The position numbers and the translations under genes are program-made. This document shows positions 49,568 through 59,963 of a stretch of DNA of 64,000 nt, piece by piece. Under the pieces are notes generated by a model. That model did no database searches. It had not been told where the DNA came from and worked only from the letters and a program-made list of their open reading frames with translations. The stretch covers positions 93,528 through 157,527 of the forward strand of contig JBEKHY010000016.1 of the NCBI GenBank assembly GCA_050012035.1, read 5' to 3'. The number at the start of each line of letters is the position of its first letter. Positions within the stretch are counted from its first letter, which is position 1. Source of the DNA: Verrucomicrobiota bacterium (GTDB lineage: Bacteria > Verrucomicrobiota > Verrucomicrobiia > Limisphaerales > UBA11358).

Positions 49568-50911
49568 TCACGCCAGTTTCCCGTATCGCCGGATTTCCGG
49601 CCAGAGGCACGCCACCACCAGCACCACCAGAATTGTGCCCACGCCGCCACTCACGACCGAAATCGTCGCGCCGGTCGCGTTGGAATGGTGCATCGCCGCG
49701 CCGAACAGATACGCCACAAAGCCAGACTCGAACCCGCCCAACTCGTTCGACGTTCCGATAAACAGGCTGTTGACTGCCGAGACGCGCCCGCGCTTTTCGT
49801 CCGGCGTGAGCAGTTGCACCGAGGTATGCCGCACCACCACGCTCACGTTGTCCACCGCACCGCACACACACAGCATGGCGAACGAAAACCAGAACCATGG
49901 CGAAAGCCCGAACGCAATCGTCGCCAGCCCGAACACCGCCACGCACCACAACAGCGCGCGCCCAGCCCTTTGCATCGGCGGCCGGTGCGCGAGGAACAGC
50001 GCGCAGGCCACCGAACCCAGCGGCAACGCAGCCTGCAACAGGCCCAGCCCGTCCGCCCCGGCATTCAGGATGTCCTTCGCATAAACCGGCAGCAGCGCGG
50101 TCGCACCACCGAGGAGCACGGCAAACATGTCCAATGTGAGCATGCCCAGAATGAGCCGCTGCGCGAAAATGAACCGGAACCCGGTGGCGAAGCTCTTGAG
50201 CGACATCGGTTCGGGGTTGGTCACGACGTGGTGCGCGCGGACGGATTTCATGCAGAGGAAACAGGTCATCGTCGTGAGAAAGTTCAGCGCGTAGATGAAT
50301 GCCGCCGGATGGTCGGAATATTTTTTCAGCAGCGCGATGAGCGCGCCGCCCAGCGCCGGGCCGGCCACGGACGAAAGCTGGAATGTGCCGCTGTTCCACG
50401 TCACCGCGCGCGGAAACTGCTGGCGTGGCACGAGGCTGGTCAGGAATGCCGCGCTGGCCGGCCACAAAAACGTCCGCGCTGTCGCCGCCGTGAACAGGCA
50501 CGCATAAATCCACGCGACCGGCGCGTGCCGCCACGAAATCAGCGTGAGGCCCAGGCTGGCGCAGGAACTGGCGAGCAGCGCGGTAAGGATGATGCGCTTG
50601 CGGTTGACATTGTCGGCGAGATGTCCGGCCGGCAGCGTGCAACAGACCATCGCAATCATTTCCACGAGGCCGACGATGCCCAGCGCGAGCGGCGAGCCGG
50701 TGCGTTCGTAAAGTTCCCAGCCCACCGCCACGTTGAGCATCTGCTGGCCGAGCACGGCCGCAAGCCGCCCGGCGAGGTAAAGCCGGAAGTCGCGGTTCCG
50801 AAAGATGACATACGGATGGTCGTTCGCCCCGGCGAAGCCTTTCGGCGCGGCCGGGTCGGTGGTTTCCACCGGCGGCGACGGCAGGTTTTCTGGCGATTCG
50901 GCTTCGTGCAT
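49568..50911 (-). CDS. MFS transporter (DHA3/EntS-like)
   Basis: About 12 TMs, GHLADNVNRKR motif A, QLLTPDEKRGRV. Confidence 0.9.
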   Translation of the reverse strand: MHEAESPENLPSPPVETTDPAAPKGFAGANDHPYVIFRNRDFRLYLAGRLAAVLGQQMLNVAVGWELYERTGSPLALGIVGLVEMIAMVCCTLPAGHLADNVNRKRIILTALLASSCASLGLTLISWRHAPVAWIYACLFTAATARTFLWPASAAFLTSLVPRQQFPRAVTWNSGTFQLSSVAGPALGGALIALLKKYSDHPAAFIYALNFLTTMTCFLCMKSVRAHHVVTNPEPMSLKSFATGFRFIFAQRLILGMLTLDMFAVLLGGATALLPVYAKDILNAGADGLGLLQAALPLGSVACALFLAHRPPMQRAGRALLWCVAVFGLATIAFGLSPWFWFSFAMLCVCGAVDNVSVVVRHTSVQLLTPDEKRGRVSAVNSLFIGTSNELGGFESGFVAYLFGAAMHHSNATGATISVVSGGVGTILVVLVVACLWPEIRRYGKLA

Positions 50912-51034
50912 GCGCGCGACGCGGAAAACTTAACGCAAAACCGGCGCGGGTCGAGTTTTCAGACGATCGACTTTTGTTCCAATCTTAATTCGTTGTCGCG
51001 ACAGATTTAGATTAGGATTACGATTAAGAGTAAG

Positions 51035-51202
51035 ATGAACGAACCGGATAAAAATCCGCGCCGCTACCAATGGCCGTGGCTGGTGCTGGCGGCATTTCTG
51101 CTGGGCGTGGCGCTGGCAATTTTGTGGATGAGCTTCGCGGTCCGAAAAGTCGAGCAGGAACGTGACGTGAACGTGCCGCCGTCGGGTGGTTCAGCGCGTT
51201 AG
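51035..51202 (+). CDS. Small single-pass membrane protein (55 aa)
   Basis: Below the ORF-track cutoff. MNEPDKNPRRYQWPWLVLAAFLLGVALAILWMSFAVRKVEQERD..., with GC3-biased codons. Confidence 0.65.
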   Translation: MNEPDKNPRRYQWPWLVLAAFLLGVALAILWMSFAVRKVEQERDVNVPPSGGSAR

Positions 51203-51279
51203 TTGAAGTTCAATCCCGTCACGAGGATTGTTTCCCACTGAAGACACGCCAAAGGCAAACTCCGACCAGCGGCGTGTTC

Positions 51280-52701
51280 CTACTTTTTCAACAACCTCTC
51301 AAACTCTGCAATCACGTCGGGATTTTTGTCCGCGACGTTTTGGGATTCGGCCGGGTCGCTTTTGAGATTGTAAAGCTCCCATTTTTCATCGGCCTGCGGG
51401 CGCACAATTTTCCAATCGCCCATGCGGGCGGCCTGCGCCGATTCACGCCCGCGAAGTTCCCAACGGAAAAATATCTGGTTGGTCTGTAACCGGGATTCGC
51501 CTCGCAGCGCCGGCAAAACGGAGATGCCGTCAATGTTGGTCGGCGATTGAGTCAGCGCGATGCCTGCCGCCGTCGGCAAAAAATCCCAGGCCGCCCAAGG
51601 GAAATCACTGACTTGATTTGGTCCGATTTTTCCAGGCCAATGGACAATCATCGGCACGCGCAGGCCGCCTTCGTAAAGTTCGCCGCGCCCGCCACGAAAC
51701 GGCCCGGCGCTCCGGAAAAAGTTCGGATCCACGCCATCGCTTTTCTCCGGCCCGGTGTCGCTCGTAAAGAAAATCACCGTGTCGTTTGTCAGGTTCAGCT
51801 TCTGCAATTGCTCCCGCAACTGGCCAATATAGCCGTCGAGGCGCGCGATCATGGCGGCCTTGTTTTTCTGCGGCTGCGACCACGGTTCATCGGAGTAAGG
51901 CGCGTCGGTCGGCACCGGCCCTTTTCCGGCACCGGGAATTTTGTAATTCAACAACAGGAAGAACGGGCGGTAGTGGTTGAATTGGTCGGGCTGGTTGTTT
52001 TGGACGAAATTCAGCGCAGCCTTCGTGAATAAGTCGGGAATGTAGGTCTCGTGTTTGCCGCCGGTGTTGTAATACAACGTTTCACGCCCGACAAAATCCT
52101 TCCAGGTGTGATTCGTCTCGTCGTAGCTTGAATGCGGTGCGTAACGCCAGATGTAATCGGCGTAAAAATTTTCCGCAGCGTTTGGGTCAAAATACCCGGC
52201 AAACTCGTCGAAACCCTTTTCCCACGGCGCACCGCTGGTGGTGTCGTCGCCCAAATTCCACTCGCCGATCAAGCCGGTGTGATAGCCGGACTGCCTCAAG
52301 ATTTGCGCAATGGTGATGTCACCGGGCGCCAACGGAATGTCTACGTCCGCGCGCTGGCGCAATTGCTCCGAATCCCGGCCGAGCAGGAGTGCCGCACGCG
52401 CCGGCGAACTCGCGGCGTCGCCCGCGTAATAGCTCGTAAAACGGATGCCTTCCGCAGCAAGCCGGTCAAGGTTCGGCGTTTGGAACTTCGTCTGGCCATA
52501 GCGGCTCAAATCGCCGTAGCCGAGGCCATCGGCAACAATCAGAATGATGCTCGACCGGCGCGGCGTTGGTTGGGGAGCGGTGTTGGTGAAAACGAACGAC
52601 GATTCAGCATTCGCGCACGGCGGAAATTCCATGAGCGCCGCGCCCGCCAGCCATACCGCCAGGAGCGCCCGGCCAAAACGATCGGAACAGGTTGATTTCA
52701 T
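51280..52701 (-). CDS. Sulfatase-fold protein with degenerate active site
   Basis: Signal peptide, [41 protein letters not shown]; several catalytic positions substituted. Confidence 0.88.
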   Translation of the reverse strand: MKSTCSDRFGRALLAVWLAGAALMEFPPCANAESSFVFTNTAPQPTPRRSSIILIVADGLGYGDLSRYGQTKFQTPNLDRLAAEGIRFTSYYAGDAASSPARAALLLGRDSEQLRQRADVDIPLAPGDITIAQILRQSGYHTGLIGEWNLGDDTTSGAPWEKGFDEFAGYFDPNAAENFYADYIWRYAPHSSYDETNHTWKDFVGRETLYYNTGGKHETYIPDLFTKAALNFVQNNQPDQFNHYRPFFLLLNYKIPGAGKGPVPTDAPYSDEPWSQPQKNKAAMIARLDGYIGQLREQLQKLNLTNDTVIFFTSDTGPEKSDGVDPNFFRSAGPFRGGRGELYEGGLRVPMIVHWPGKIGPNQVSDFPWAAWDFLPTAAGIALTQSPTNIDGISVLPALRGESRLQTNQIFFRWELRGRESAQAARMGDWKIVRPQADEKWELYNLKSDPAESQNVADKNPDVIAEFERLLKK

Positions 52702-52798
52702 TGTGAACTTGGATTCTGGAAAGATTGGCGCGTTCAAAGCAATTCTTTTCCGCAGCGATCCGATTTATTGTGCCGAATTATTGGATGGGGGGAATGAA

Positions 52799-54781
52799 TC
52801 AGGGCGCAGGCCCAGCCGGCAGCGCCTTCCAACCCGGGCGGACATATTCCAATTGGTAGAGGCGCAGCCGCATGGGGGACTGATAGCAACGAGTCGAACC
52901 TGATGGGGTGGCGGCGGAAATGGTCAGGGACGTCACTTCCAAATCAGCCAGATCGCCTCCGCCATCAGCGGAGGCCAGTCTGACGAACGTTCCGTTATAC
53001 TGGGTCAACGGTGACAGCAGGAATCCACTGCGGGCCATGCCGGGAACCAAACGGAAAGGCGGTCTGTGACCAACGCGCAGGGACACGGCCAACTGCAATA
53101 CTGGCGGTTTGTAGAATATGGAGCACAAGGACCCCAAAACCGACTGATTGATTTCCAATTCAGCCCAGACCAGGTCATGGTTGGCAGCGGGCAGCATGAC
53201 GGGTTCGTCGAAATGAATCGGCAGATCGCTGATTAATTTCAGATGAAATTCCCTGGGCTGGGCCGACCGTTTCAAAATCACAAATGGCCCCGTGGTGTCG
53301 GTGATGTCATACCGGGCCAACAATTCCGGCCAGGAACGGCCGTCATCCAATGATGCGAACCGGTCGTCACCCCCCTGCGTTTCAAACAGAATATTACTGG
53401 CAGCGCGATTATCGCGGAGAAAGGCGGCGTTCAATTCTGCCAACTCCGGCGTGTAGGCGGAATAGCTTTGAAAGACCGGTCGCGGGCGATAAGACAGGCC
53501 GTGTGCCAAGAGTGCGACCTGATTCCAGGGATAAACGTCCACGTCGCCTGTCAGTGGCGGCACCGGGAATTCATTCCGAATTTCCTGGTAATAGATTTCA
53601 TAGTCCTTTCGCGGAGATCCGGGATGACAGAGCACGGCTATTGGAGCCAGAAGGCTTCTAAAACCAAAGGTCCGGGCACCTTGCGCTACCAGTCCCTCCC
53701 TCGGGTGTAAAATAGTGAACGCGGAACAGGAAAAAGCCAAACTGCCGGTCAGCAAAAACAAGCCGGCCGCGCCCGTCCATGATTTTTCCCTCTTCAACAC
53801 CGGCCACGCTGCCGCCACACCAGCCAGGGCAATGACCAGAAACATCAGTTCAGCCCGGACTATGTGACTGGCGTCGTATCGTACGTAACCCTGTTTGAAA
53901 GCCAGGAAAATCACCACGCTCAAACCGGCCAAGGGAAGGATGCCGAAATACCGGTGCTGCTTCCACGCCACATAACCCGTCAAGGCAATGAGCAATCCTG
54001 CTGCCGACAGAAAACAAATGACATCCAGTAATTCCCCGTACTCGTCCAAACTCATCGCTTCGGTATATCCGCTGGTGACCCGCCATGAATTGTGCAGAAA
54101 CGGCCCGAGCGAGCCGGGATTTTGACCGGCGGCGGTCCAGAAAAACAAAATGCTGGCGACAAAGAGTAGTGCCAGCCAGGGAATCCGGCGTTGCCGGAAG
54201 ACGTTGTCGGCGGCGATGAGGGCCACGACAATTGCGGTTTCGACGAAACCGGTGAACTTCGTCAAGCTTAACAGGCCAAGCGACCCTGCCAGTCCGGCTT
54301 GAACCGGCGTAAAGGGGCGGTCTTCCACGAAGAAGTGCAGCCACAACAGCAGCATGGACCAGGCGGTCAGCCGGACGTCAATGCTTTGCTCCACCGGCAT
54401 CCCGGCGATGGCGGTAAATCCAATCAGCCAGACCCAGCCCACCAGCCGGCAGTTGGAAAGATGGCCGGCCATCCGCCATCCCGCCCACCAAAACATCAGT
54501 GACAGCAGGGTCCATAGGACCATGGAAATCGCAAAGGTCGGCGGGGAATAGCCTCCGCATAGAAAGCCCCACGGGCCGTAGGTGAAGACAATATCGCGGC
54601 CAAACTGCAGATGCTGTTCAAAGGCCATGTGCAGGGCCTGCATCCACGAATTGTCCAGAGTTGAATTATGAAACTGCGGTGAGACTGGGAGGAATCGTGA
54701 AAGCGTATAAATCAGCGTTGTCACCCCGGCTAGCCAGAGTGCGGCGGTTGCCCGACGTTCGTTTTTGGGAGGAGAATCCAT
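52799..54781 (-). CDS. Polytopic membrane protein, possibly GT-C glycosyltransferase-like (paralog A)
   Basis: DNSW...[13 protein letters not shown] after TM1, about 11-13 TMs, periplasmic C-terminal domain with [12 protein letters not shown]. Confidence 0.6.
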   Translation of the reverse strand: MDSPPKNERRATAALWLAGVTTLIYTLSRFLPVSPQFHNSTLDNSWMQALHMAFEQHLQFGRDIVFTYGPWGFLCGGYSPPTFAISMVLWTLLSLMFWWAGWRMAGHLSNCRLVGWVWLIGFTAIAGMPVEQSIDVRLTAWSMLLLWLHFFVEDRPFTPVQAGLAGSLGLLSLTKFTGFVETAIVVALIAADNVFRQRRIPWLALLFVASILFFWTAAGQNPGSLGPFLHNSWRVTSGYTEAMSLDEYGELLDVICFLSAAGLLIALTGYVAWKQHRYFGILPLAGLSVVIFLAFKQGYVRYDASHIVRAELMFLVIALAGVAAAWPVLKREKSWTGAAGLFLLTGSLAFSCSAFTILHPREGLVAQGARTFGFRSLLAPIAVLCHPGSPRKDYEIYYQEIRNEFPVPPLTGDVDVYPWNQVALLAHGLSYRPRPVFQSYSAYTPELAELNAAFLRDNRAASNILFETQGGDDRFASLDDGRSWPELLARYDITDTTGPFVILKRSAQPREFHLKLISDLPIHFDEPVMLPAANHDLVWAELEINQSVLGSLCSIFYKPPVLQLAVSLRVGHRPPFRLVPGMARSGFLLSPLTQYNGTFVRLASADGGGDLADLEVTSLTISAATPSGSTRCYQSPMRLRLYQLEYVRPGWKALPAGPAP

Positions 54782-54786
54782 TACGA

Positions 54787-55398
54787 TTATTCCCGTGCGG
54801 CTTTCTTTCCAAAATTAGAACCCAACGGAATCCTGGCCGCGGCAATAAAACTCGGAATCGTCGCCAGAATCACCCAGATAAAGGATGCGGATAGCCGATG
54901 CGCTGTTGTAACCAGCCGCTTCACATGCCCGGTAGCATCATACCCAGTGCCGTGAAACCAGTGCAAATGGCGTAGTGCGCCGTCGCATGTTCATCCCCCG
55001 CGATATAAATCATGTAAAGCGTGAACGCGGTGAACCCAAGGCCATAGCCGAATTGCTCGATGGCGTCGCCCGCGTAATAGCTCGTAAAACGGATGCCTTC
55101 CGCAGCAAGCCGGTCAAGGTCCGGCGTTTGGAACTTCGTCTGGCCATAGCGGCTCAAATCGCCGTAGCCGAGGCCATCGGCAACAATCAGAATGATGCTC
55201 GGCCGGCGCGGCGTTGGTTGGGGAGCGGTGTTGGTGAAAACGAACGACGATTCAGCATTCGCGCACGGCGGAAATTCCATGAACGCCGCGCCCGCCAGCC
55301 ATACCGCCAGGAGCGCCCGGCCAAAACGATCGGAACACGTTGATTTCATTGTGAACTTGGATTCTGGAAAGATTGGCGCGTTCAAAGCAATTCTTTTC
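54787..55398 (-). pseudogene. Chimeric remnant: sulfatase 5' end fused to an AmpG-like MFS 3' end
   Basis: 55062-55398 nearly identical to 52414-52750; 54787-55073 similar to 57431-57712 but with a TGG>TGA stop and a 1-nt deletion. Confidence 0.93.
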
Positions 55399-55420
55399 GC
55401 GCGCGCGGCGGAATTGTTTT

Positions 55421-57427
55421 TTATTTTGTTTGCGCTGCGCGCAGTTTTGACGGCGGCCGATTCGCCGGAATTCCGTCCTGAACGTCCAGCCGGCTAAGGC
55501 GCAGCCGCATCGGTGATTGGTAGCAAGCGGTTGAACCGGACGAGGTATCGGCGAAAATGGTGAAGTTTATCACGTGCAAATCGGCCAGTTGGCGCCATCC
55601 GTCCGCGGATGCCAGTGAAACAAAGGACGCATCGTTTTCAATCAAAGGCGACAACAGGAATCCACCCCGCGCCATGCCGGGAACCAGATGGTAACACGTC
55701 TGGCGGCCGTTGCGCAGGCAAACCTTCAGCTCCAACGCCGGTGGTCTGAAAAGCGTTGAGACGATGGAACCCCAAGGCGTTTTGTTGATGTCCATTTCGG
55801 CCCAGATGGGGCTGTCGTGGACGGCAATCGCCACGGATTCTCCCAAGCGAACCGGCATGTTGGTAAGCGGTGTTAAACGATACTGCCGCGGCCGGGAGGA
55901 GTGTTTTAAGAATACAAACTTCCCGGCGGAGCCTTTTTCGTCGTATCGGCTCAACAGTTCCGGCCACGAACGGCCGTCTTCGAGCGCAGGAAAGTTGTTA
56001 TCGATGGGAGCAATATTGAATAATATGTTGCGTGGGGCGTCATCGCTTCTCAAGTGCGCGGCATTCAATTCCGCCAGTTCCGGCGTGTAAGCGGAATAGC
56101 TTTGAAGGACGGGTCTCGGAGCGTATTGCAAGTGATGCGCGAAAAGCGCGGCTGCGTTCCACGGATAGACATCCACGCTTCCTGCCATCGGCGGGACCGG
56201 AAAAGCTGATCGGACTTGAGCAAGATTATCTTCGTAAGCTTTTTGCATAAATTCCGGATCACGGAACCATTTTGCCGGCCACAAAACATTTTTGACCTTC
56301 AGCGTTCTTGCCAAATCCGTCAACAACCCCTCTTCCGCCAGGCCGTTATCACGGTAACAACGGCTGTAAGCGAACGAACAAAAAAACAAAATGCCGGCTC
56401 CGGCGACGACACAGATCGCCCACCCCCGCCATTTTTTTTCTCGCAGAACCGGCCAGACCACCGCCAGGCACGCCGCCGCCGCAAACAAAAGCTGCATCGC
56501 CGACGCCACTCCGTGAGTCAGATCGTATCGCACATAACTGTGTTTGAAGATCAGGAACAAAATGGCGCACAAGCCGATTACGGGAAACATCCCGTAAAAC
56601 CCTCGTTTTCCCCACGCCACATAGCCCGTCAATGCAATAAGCGCTGCTGCCGACGCCAGAAAACCTCCGATGCGTATAATTTCCCCAGGCGTCGCCCACA
56701 TCATGGCCTCGGTATAACCACCCGCCAGCAGTTGCGAATAATGAACAAACGGCCAAATCGAATCCAAACGCTGCCCCGCCACGATCCAAAAGAACAGGGT
56801 GCTCGCCGCGAACAGAAATAAAACCCAAGGAATACTTCGCCGCCGGAAAATATCATCAGCCGCGATAACGGTGACAACCATCGCGGCCTCGGTGAAACCC
56901 GTGGCCTTGACCAGCCCAAGCAACCCCAGGGAGATGACCAATAAAACCTGTCGCGCGCTGATGGACACGTCCTCCACAAAGAAATGCAAAAATAAAAGCA
57001 ACAGACACCATGCGACCATTCGAACGTCAACACTTTGCTCAATTCGCAAACCCGCAGTCCCGGCGAATACCAGGAAACACAGCCACGCGCCCAATCTGTT
57101 GGCCGAGCAGTGGCAGGCCAGCCGCCATCCGGCCCACCAGAATATGAACGCAAGCATCGTCCATATCGCCGCGCAAATCGGGAACGTGGGCGGATAATAA
57201 TTTCCATACAGAACGCCCCACGGGCCGAAGGTAAAAACAATGTCCCGGCCAAACTGGAGATGTCGTTCAAATGCCCAGTGCAGCGTCAGTCCCCAGGAAT
57301 TGTCCGGTCCCCCCCTCGGACCTGACACCCAGGGGAGAAACATTGAAAACACATAAATAAACGCGCTGGACGGGAGCAGCCACTTCCCCGCCTTTAAACC
57401 GCATTGGTAGAGAAAATCCAGAATCAT
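55421..57427 (-). CDS. Polytopic membrane protein, possibly GT-C glycosyltransferase-like (paralog B)
   Basis: Colinear with paralog A: [59 protein letters not shown]. Confidence 0.6.
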   Translation of the reverse strand: MILDFLYQCGLKAGKWLLPSSAFIYVFSMFLPWVSGPRGGPDNSWGLTLHWAFERHLQFGRDIVFTFGPWGVLYGNYYPPTFPICAAIWTMLAFIFWWAGWRLACHCSANRLGAWLCFLVFAGTAGLRIEQSVDVRMVAWCLLLLFLHFFVEDVSISARQVLLVISLGLLGLVKATGFTEAAMVVTVIAADDIFRRRSIPWVLFLFAASTLFFWIVAGQRLDSIWPFVHYSQLLAGGYTEAMMWATPGEIIRIGGFLASAAALIALTGYVAWGKRGFYGMFPVIGLCAILFLIFKHSYVRYDLTHGVASAMQLLFAAAACLAVVWPVLREKKWRGWAICVVAGAGILFFCSFAYSRCYRDNGLAEEGLLTDLARTLKVKNVLWPAKWFRDPEFMQKAYEDNLAQVRSAFPVPPMAGSVDVYPWNAAALFAHHLQYAPRPVLQSYSAYTPELAELNAAHLRSDDAPRNILFNIAPIDNNFPALEDGRSWPELLSRYDEKGSAGKFVFLKHSSRPRQYRLTPLTNMPVRLGESVAIAVHDSPIWAEMDINKTPWGSIVSTLFRPPALELKVCLRNGRQTCYHLVPGMARGGFLLSPLIENDASFVSLASADGWRQLADLHVINFTIFADTSSGSTACYQSPMRLRLSRLDVQDGIPANRPPSKLRAAQTK

Positions 57428-57430
57428 CGC

Positions 57431-58714
57431 TTAATTGGTTTTTTTTCCGAAATTAGAGTCCAGCGGGATTAATTGGGCAACCATGAAACTGGGAATAGTC
57501 GCCAGAATCACCCAGATGAAAAAATGCGGATAGCCGAGGTGCTGTTGCAGCCAGCCGCTCCACATGCCCGGCAGCATCATGCCCAGCGCCATGAAGCCGG
57601 TGCAAATGGCATAATGCGCCGTCGCATGTTCGCCGCGCGCAATGTATATCATGTAAAGCATGAACGCAGTGAACCCGAAGCCGTAGCCGAATTGCTCGAC
57701 AGCGACGCCCGCACCAACCGCCATCAGGCTTTCCGGCTGCGCATAGGCGAGCCAGATGAACACCGCGTCCGGCAGATGAATCGTCAGCAGCATCGGCCAT
57801 AACCAGAACTTCAACCCCTGCCGGGATACCACGTAGCCGCCGAGCAATCCGCCGACCAGCAACGCGCCCACGCCGATGTGACCGTAAATCCAGCCATATT
57901 GGTTGTCCGACAGGGCCAGGCCACCCCGGTCGCGCGGGTCGAGCAGAAAAAATTTGGCCACGGTCAGCAACTGCGCCTCGCCGAAACGGTAGAGCAGCAG
58001 GAAGGCAATCAGCGTGCCGATTTGCGGCTTGCGGAAAAACGCGGCGAAGGTGCCGGCAAAATTTTCCGCGAATTTTTCGCGCGTGGCCGCGCCGCCCGCC
58101 GCGTCGCCAGCCGGGCGCGGCAATACCCCACGGTGATACAGGGAAAACAGGAGAAAGATTCCCGCCACCAGTGCGAACACCAGCGTCCACGCCGTCGTGA
58201 AACTGCCGGTGCGTTCGTGGATTTTTCCGGCGAGCACGACGAGCTGTCCCTGCGCGCCGATCATCGCCAGGCGATAAAACGTATTGCGCACACCGGAAAA
58301 AACGGCCTGCTGACGCTCGGAATTAGCGAGGATGTAAAAGCCGTCTGCCGCGATGTCGTGCGTGGCGGAGCTGAACGCCGCCAGCCAGAACAGCGCGAGC
58401 GTCAGTTGAAAAAAATGGGGCGTCGGAATCGTCAGCGCCACGCCCGCGAACGCTGCGCCGAGGAGCAGTTGCGCCGCCCAAATCCAGAGCCGCCGCGTGC
58501 CGAGCAAATCTACGACCGGGCTCCAAAACGGCTTGATGACCCACGGCAGATAAAGCCAGCCGGTGTAAAAGGCGATGTCCGCGTTCGACACATCGAGATT
58601 TTTGTAGAGCACAACCGCCACGTTGATCACCAGCGCGTAGGGCAGCCCCTCGGCGAGATAAAGTGTCGGGACCCAAAACCACGGGCTGCGGGAACTGGAT
58701 TTTGTCTCGGCCAT
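57431..58714 (-). CDS. AmpG-like MFS permease
   Basis: LYLAEGLP, LPWVIKPFWSP.VD, SATHDIAADGFY. Start set at MAETK. Confidence 0.88.
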   Translation of the reverse strand: MAETKSSSRSPWFWVPTLYLAEGLPYALVINVAVVLYKNLDVSNADIAFYTGWLYLPWVIKPFWSPVVDLLGTRRLWIWAAQLLLGAAFAGVALTIPTPHFFQLTLALFWLAAFSSATHDIAADGFYILANSERQQAVFSGVRNTFYRLAMIGAQGQLVVLAGKIHERTGSFTTAWTLVFALVAGIFLLFSLYHRGVLPRPAGDAAGGAATREKFAENFAGTFAAFFRKPQIGTLIAFLLLYRFGEAQLLTVAKFFLLDPRDRGGLALSDNQYGWIYGHIGVGALLVGGLLGGYVVSRQGLKFWLWPMLLTIHLPDAVFIWLAYAQPESLMAVGAGVAVEQFGYGFGFTAFMLYMIYIARGEHATAHYAICTGFMALGMMLPGMWSGWLQQHLGYPHFFIWVILATIPSFMVAQLIPLDSNFGKKTN

Positions 58715-58797
58715 CCACCTTTGAGTAACAGGCCGGGGCCAGGCACGCAAAAATTTTCCGGCTTGCGCTTCGGGCGCGCGCCGCGTTGAGTCTATGT

Positions 58798-59520
58798 GTG
58801 ACCGGCGCATTTCTGAACGCCATCGGCATCCTGCTCGGCGGGCTGCTCGGTCTGGCACTACGCCAATCGCTGTCCCTCCACATGCAGGTCCTCGCTCGTT
58901 TCGCGCTCGGCCTGTCCACTATTTTCTTCGGGTTGCGGCTGGTTTGGTTGAGCCTGGACGGGACCATTTTATCCGCGCTCGAACAAATTCTCATTGCCCT
59001 GCTCGCCGTCATGCTGGGTTTCGGGATTGGCCGGCTGCTGCGCCTGCAAAAACTCTCAAACCGGCTTGGCCGGCACGCCGCTGATTTGATTGCCTCGGCA
59101 CAGACAAACACGCCGCACAAAGCCGGCGACGGCTTTGCCGCGTGCGCCGTCCTGTTTTGCGCCGCGCCACTCGGCTGGCTCGGCGCGGTGACGGACGGGT
59201 TGTCCGATTATTTTTATCTGCTCGCGGTCAAGTCCGTCATGGACGGGCTGGCGATGATGGGTTTCGTGAGGAGCCTCGGCTGGCCGACGGCGTTATCGGC
59301 CGTTCCGGTCTGGATTTTTCTGGGCGGGATCACGCTTGCGTGCCGGTTTTACGCCGCGCCGTTTCTGGCGGGACATGATTTGATTCCACCCGTCAACATG
59401 GCCATCGGCTTCATCACCTGCACCGTGACGCTGGTCATTTTCGAAGTCCGCAAGGTTGAACTCGCGAATTTTCTGCCGGGTCTGGCCCTCGCGCCGCTGC
59501 TGGCGTGGCTGCTCCGGTAA
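58798..59520 (+). CDS. DUF554 family membrane protein
   Basis: G..LNAIGILLGG start, VLFC..PL..LG...DGL, KSVMDG, V.LANFLP.L. Confidence 0.85.
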   Translation: MTGAFLNAIGILLGGLLGLALRQSLSLHMQVLARFALGLSTIFFGLRLVWLSLDGTILSALEQILIALLAVMLGFGIGRLLRLQKLSNRLGRHAADLIASAQTNTPHKAGDGFAACAVLFCAAPLGWLGAVTDGLSDYFYLLAVKSVMDGLAMMGFVRSLGWPTALSAVPVWIFLGGITLACRFYAAPFLAGHDLIPPVNMAIGFITCTVTLVIFEVRKVELANFLPGLALAPLLAWLLR

Positions 59521-59576
59521 ACTCCAAACCCGTTTGCCCACTGCGTCGGTTTGCGGTAGGTTAGGGCGTGTTTTAC

Positions 59577-59720
59577 ATGGCAAACCACCGGCGTAAACGC
59601 AACCCATCCCGGCATCAGAAACGAATGCGGTTCTTCACGGTGTTTTTCTTCATCATCGTTTTAGCGCTGTTCGCCGCGCTTTTGTGGTTGATCTACAGAT
59701 CCGGCCCCGGCCCTCAGTGA
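59577..59720 (+). CDS. Small basic single-pass membrane protein (47 aa)
   Basis: MANHRRKRNPSRHQKRMRFFTVFFFIIVLALFAALLWLIYRSGPGPQ*; below the ORF-track cutoff. Confidence 0.55.
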   Translation: MANHRRKRNPSRHQKRMRFFTVFFFIIVLALFAALLWLIYRSGPGPQ

Positions 59721-59814
59721 ATCTAAACCGCGCCTTCCGGGCACCGTTCCTATCGCCGCGTCCATGGCGGACCCGCCGGCGGCCCGGCGGCTTCGTCCAG
59801 CGCAGCCGCCGTCT

Positions 59815-59880
59815 GCCCGAATCCACCGTGGTGACGAGTGAATTCGTGCTGCCCAAATCAATGCCGATGATTTTGGTTAC
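59815..59880 (-). pseudogene. 5' remnant of an Hsp70 (DnaK/HscA-like) gene
   Basis: Reads VTKIIGIDLGSTNSLVTTVDSG, close to the Hsp70 N-terminal signature IDLGTTNS; similarity stops abruptly afterwards. Confidence 0.7.
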
Positions 59881-59963
59881 GGGCAAATGCCGCCACGGGC
59901 CGGAGTCGGCGTCCAAGCTTTGGCTTGCCACACGCTGAAAACCGGCTAAAGCTTGAATCCAAC

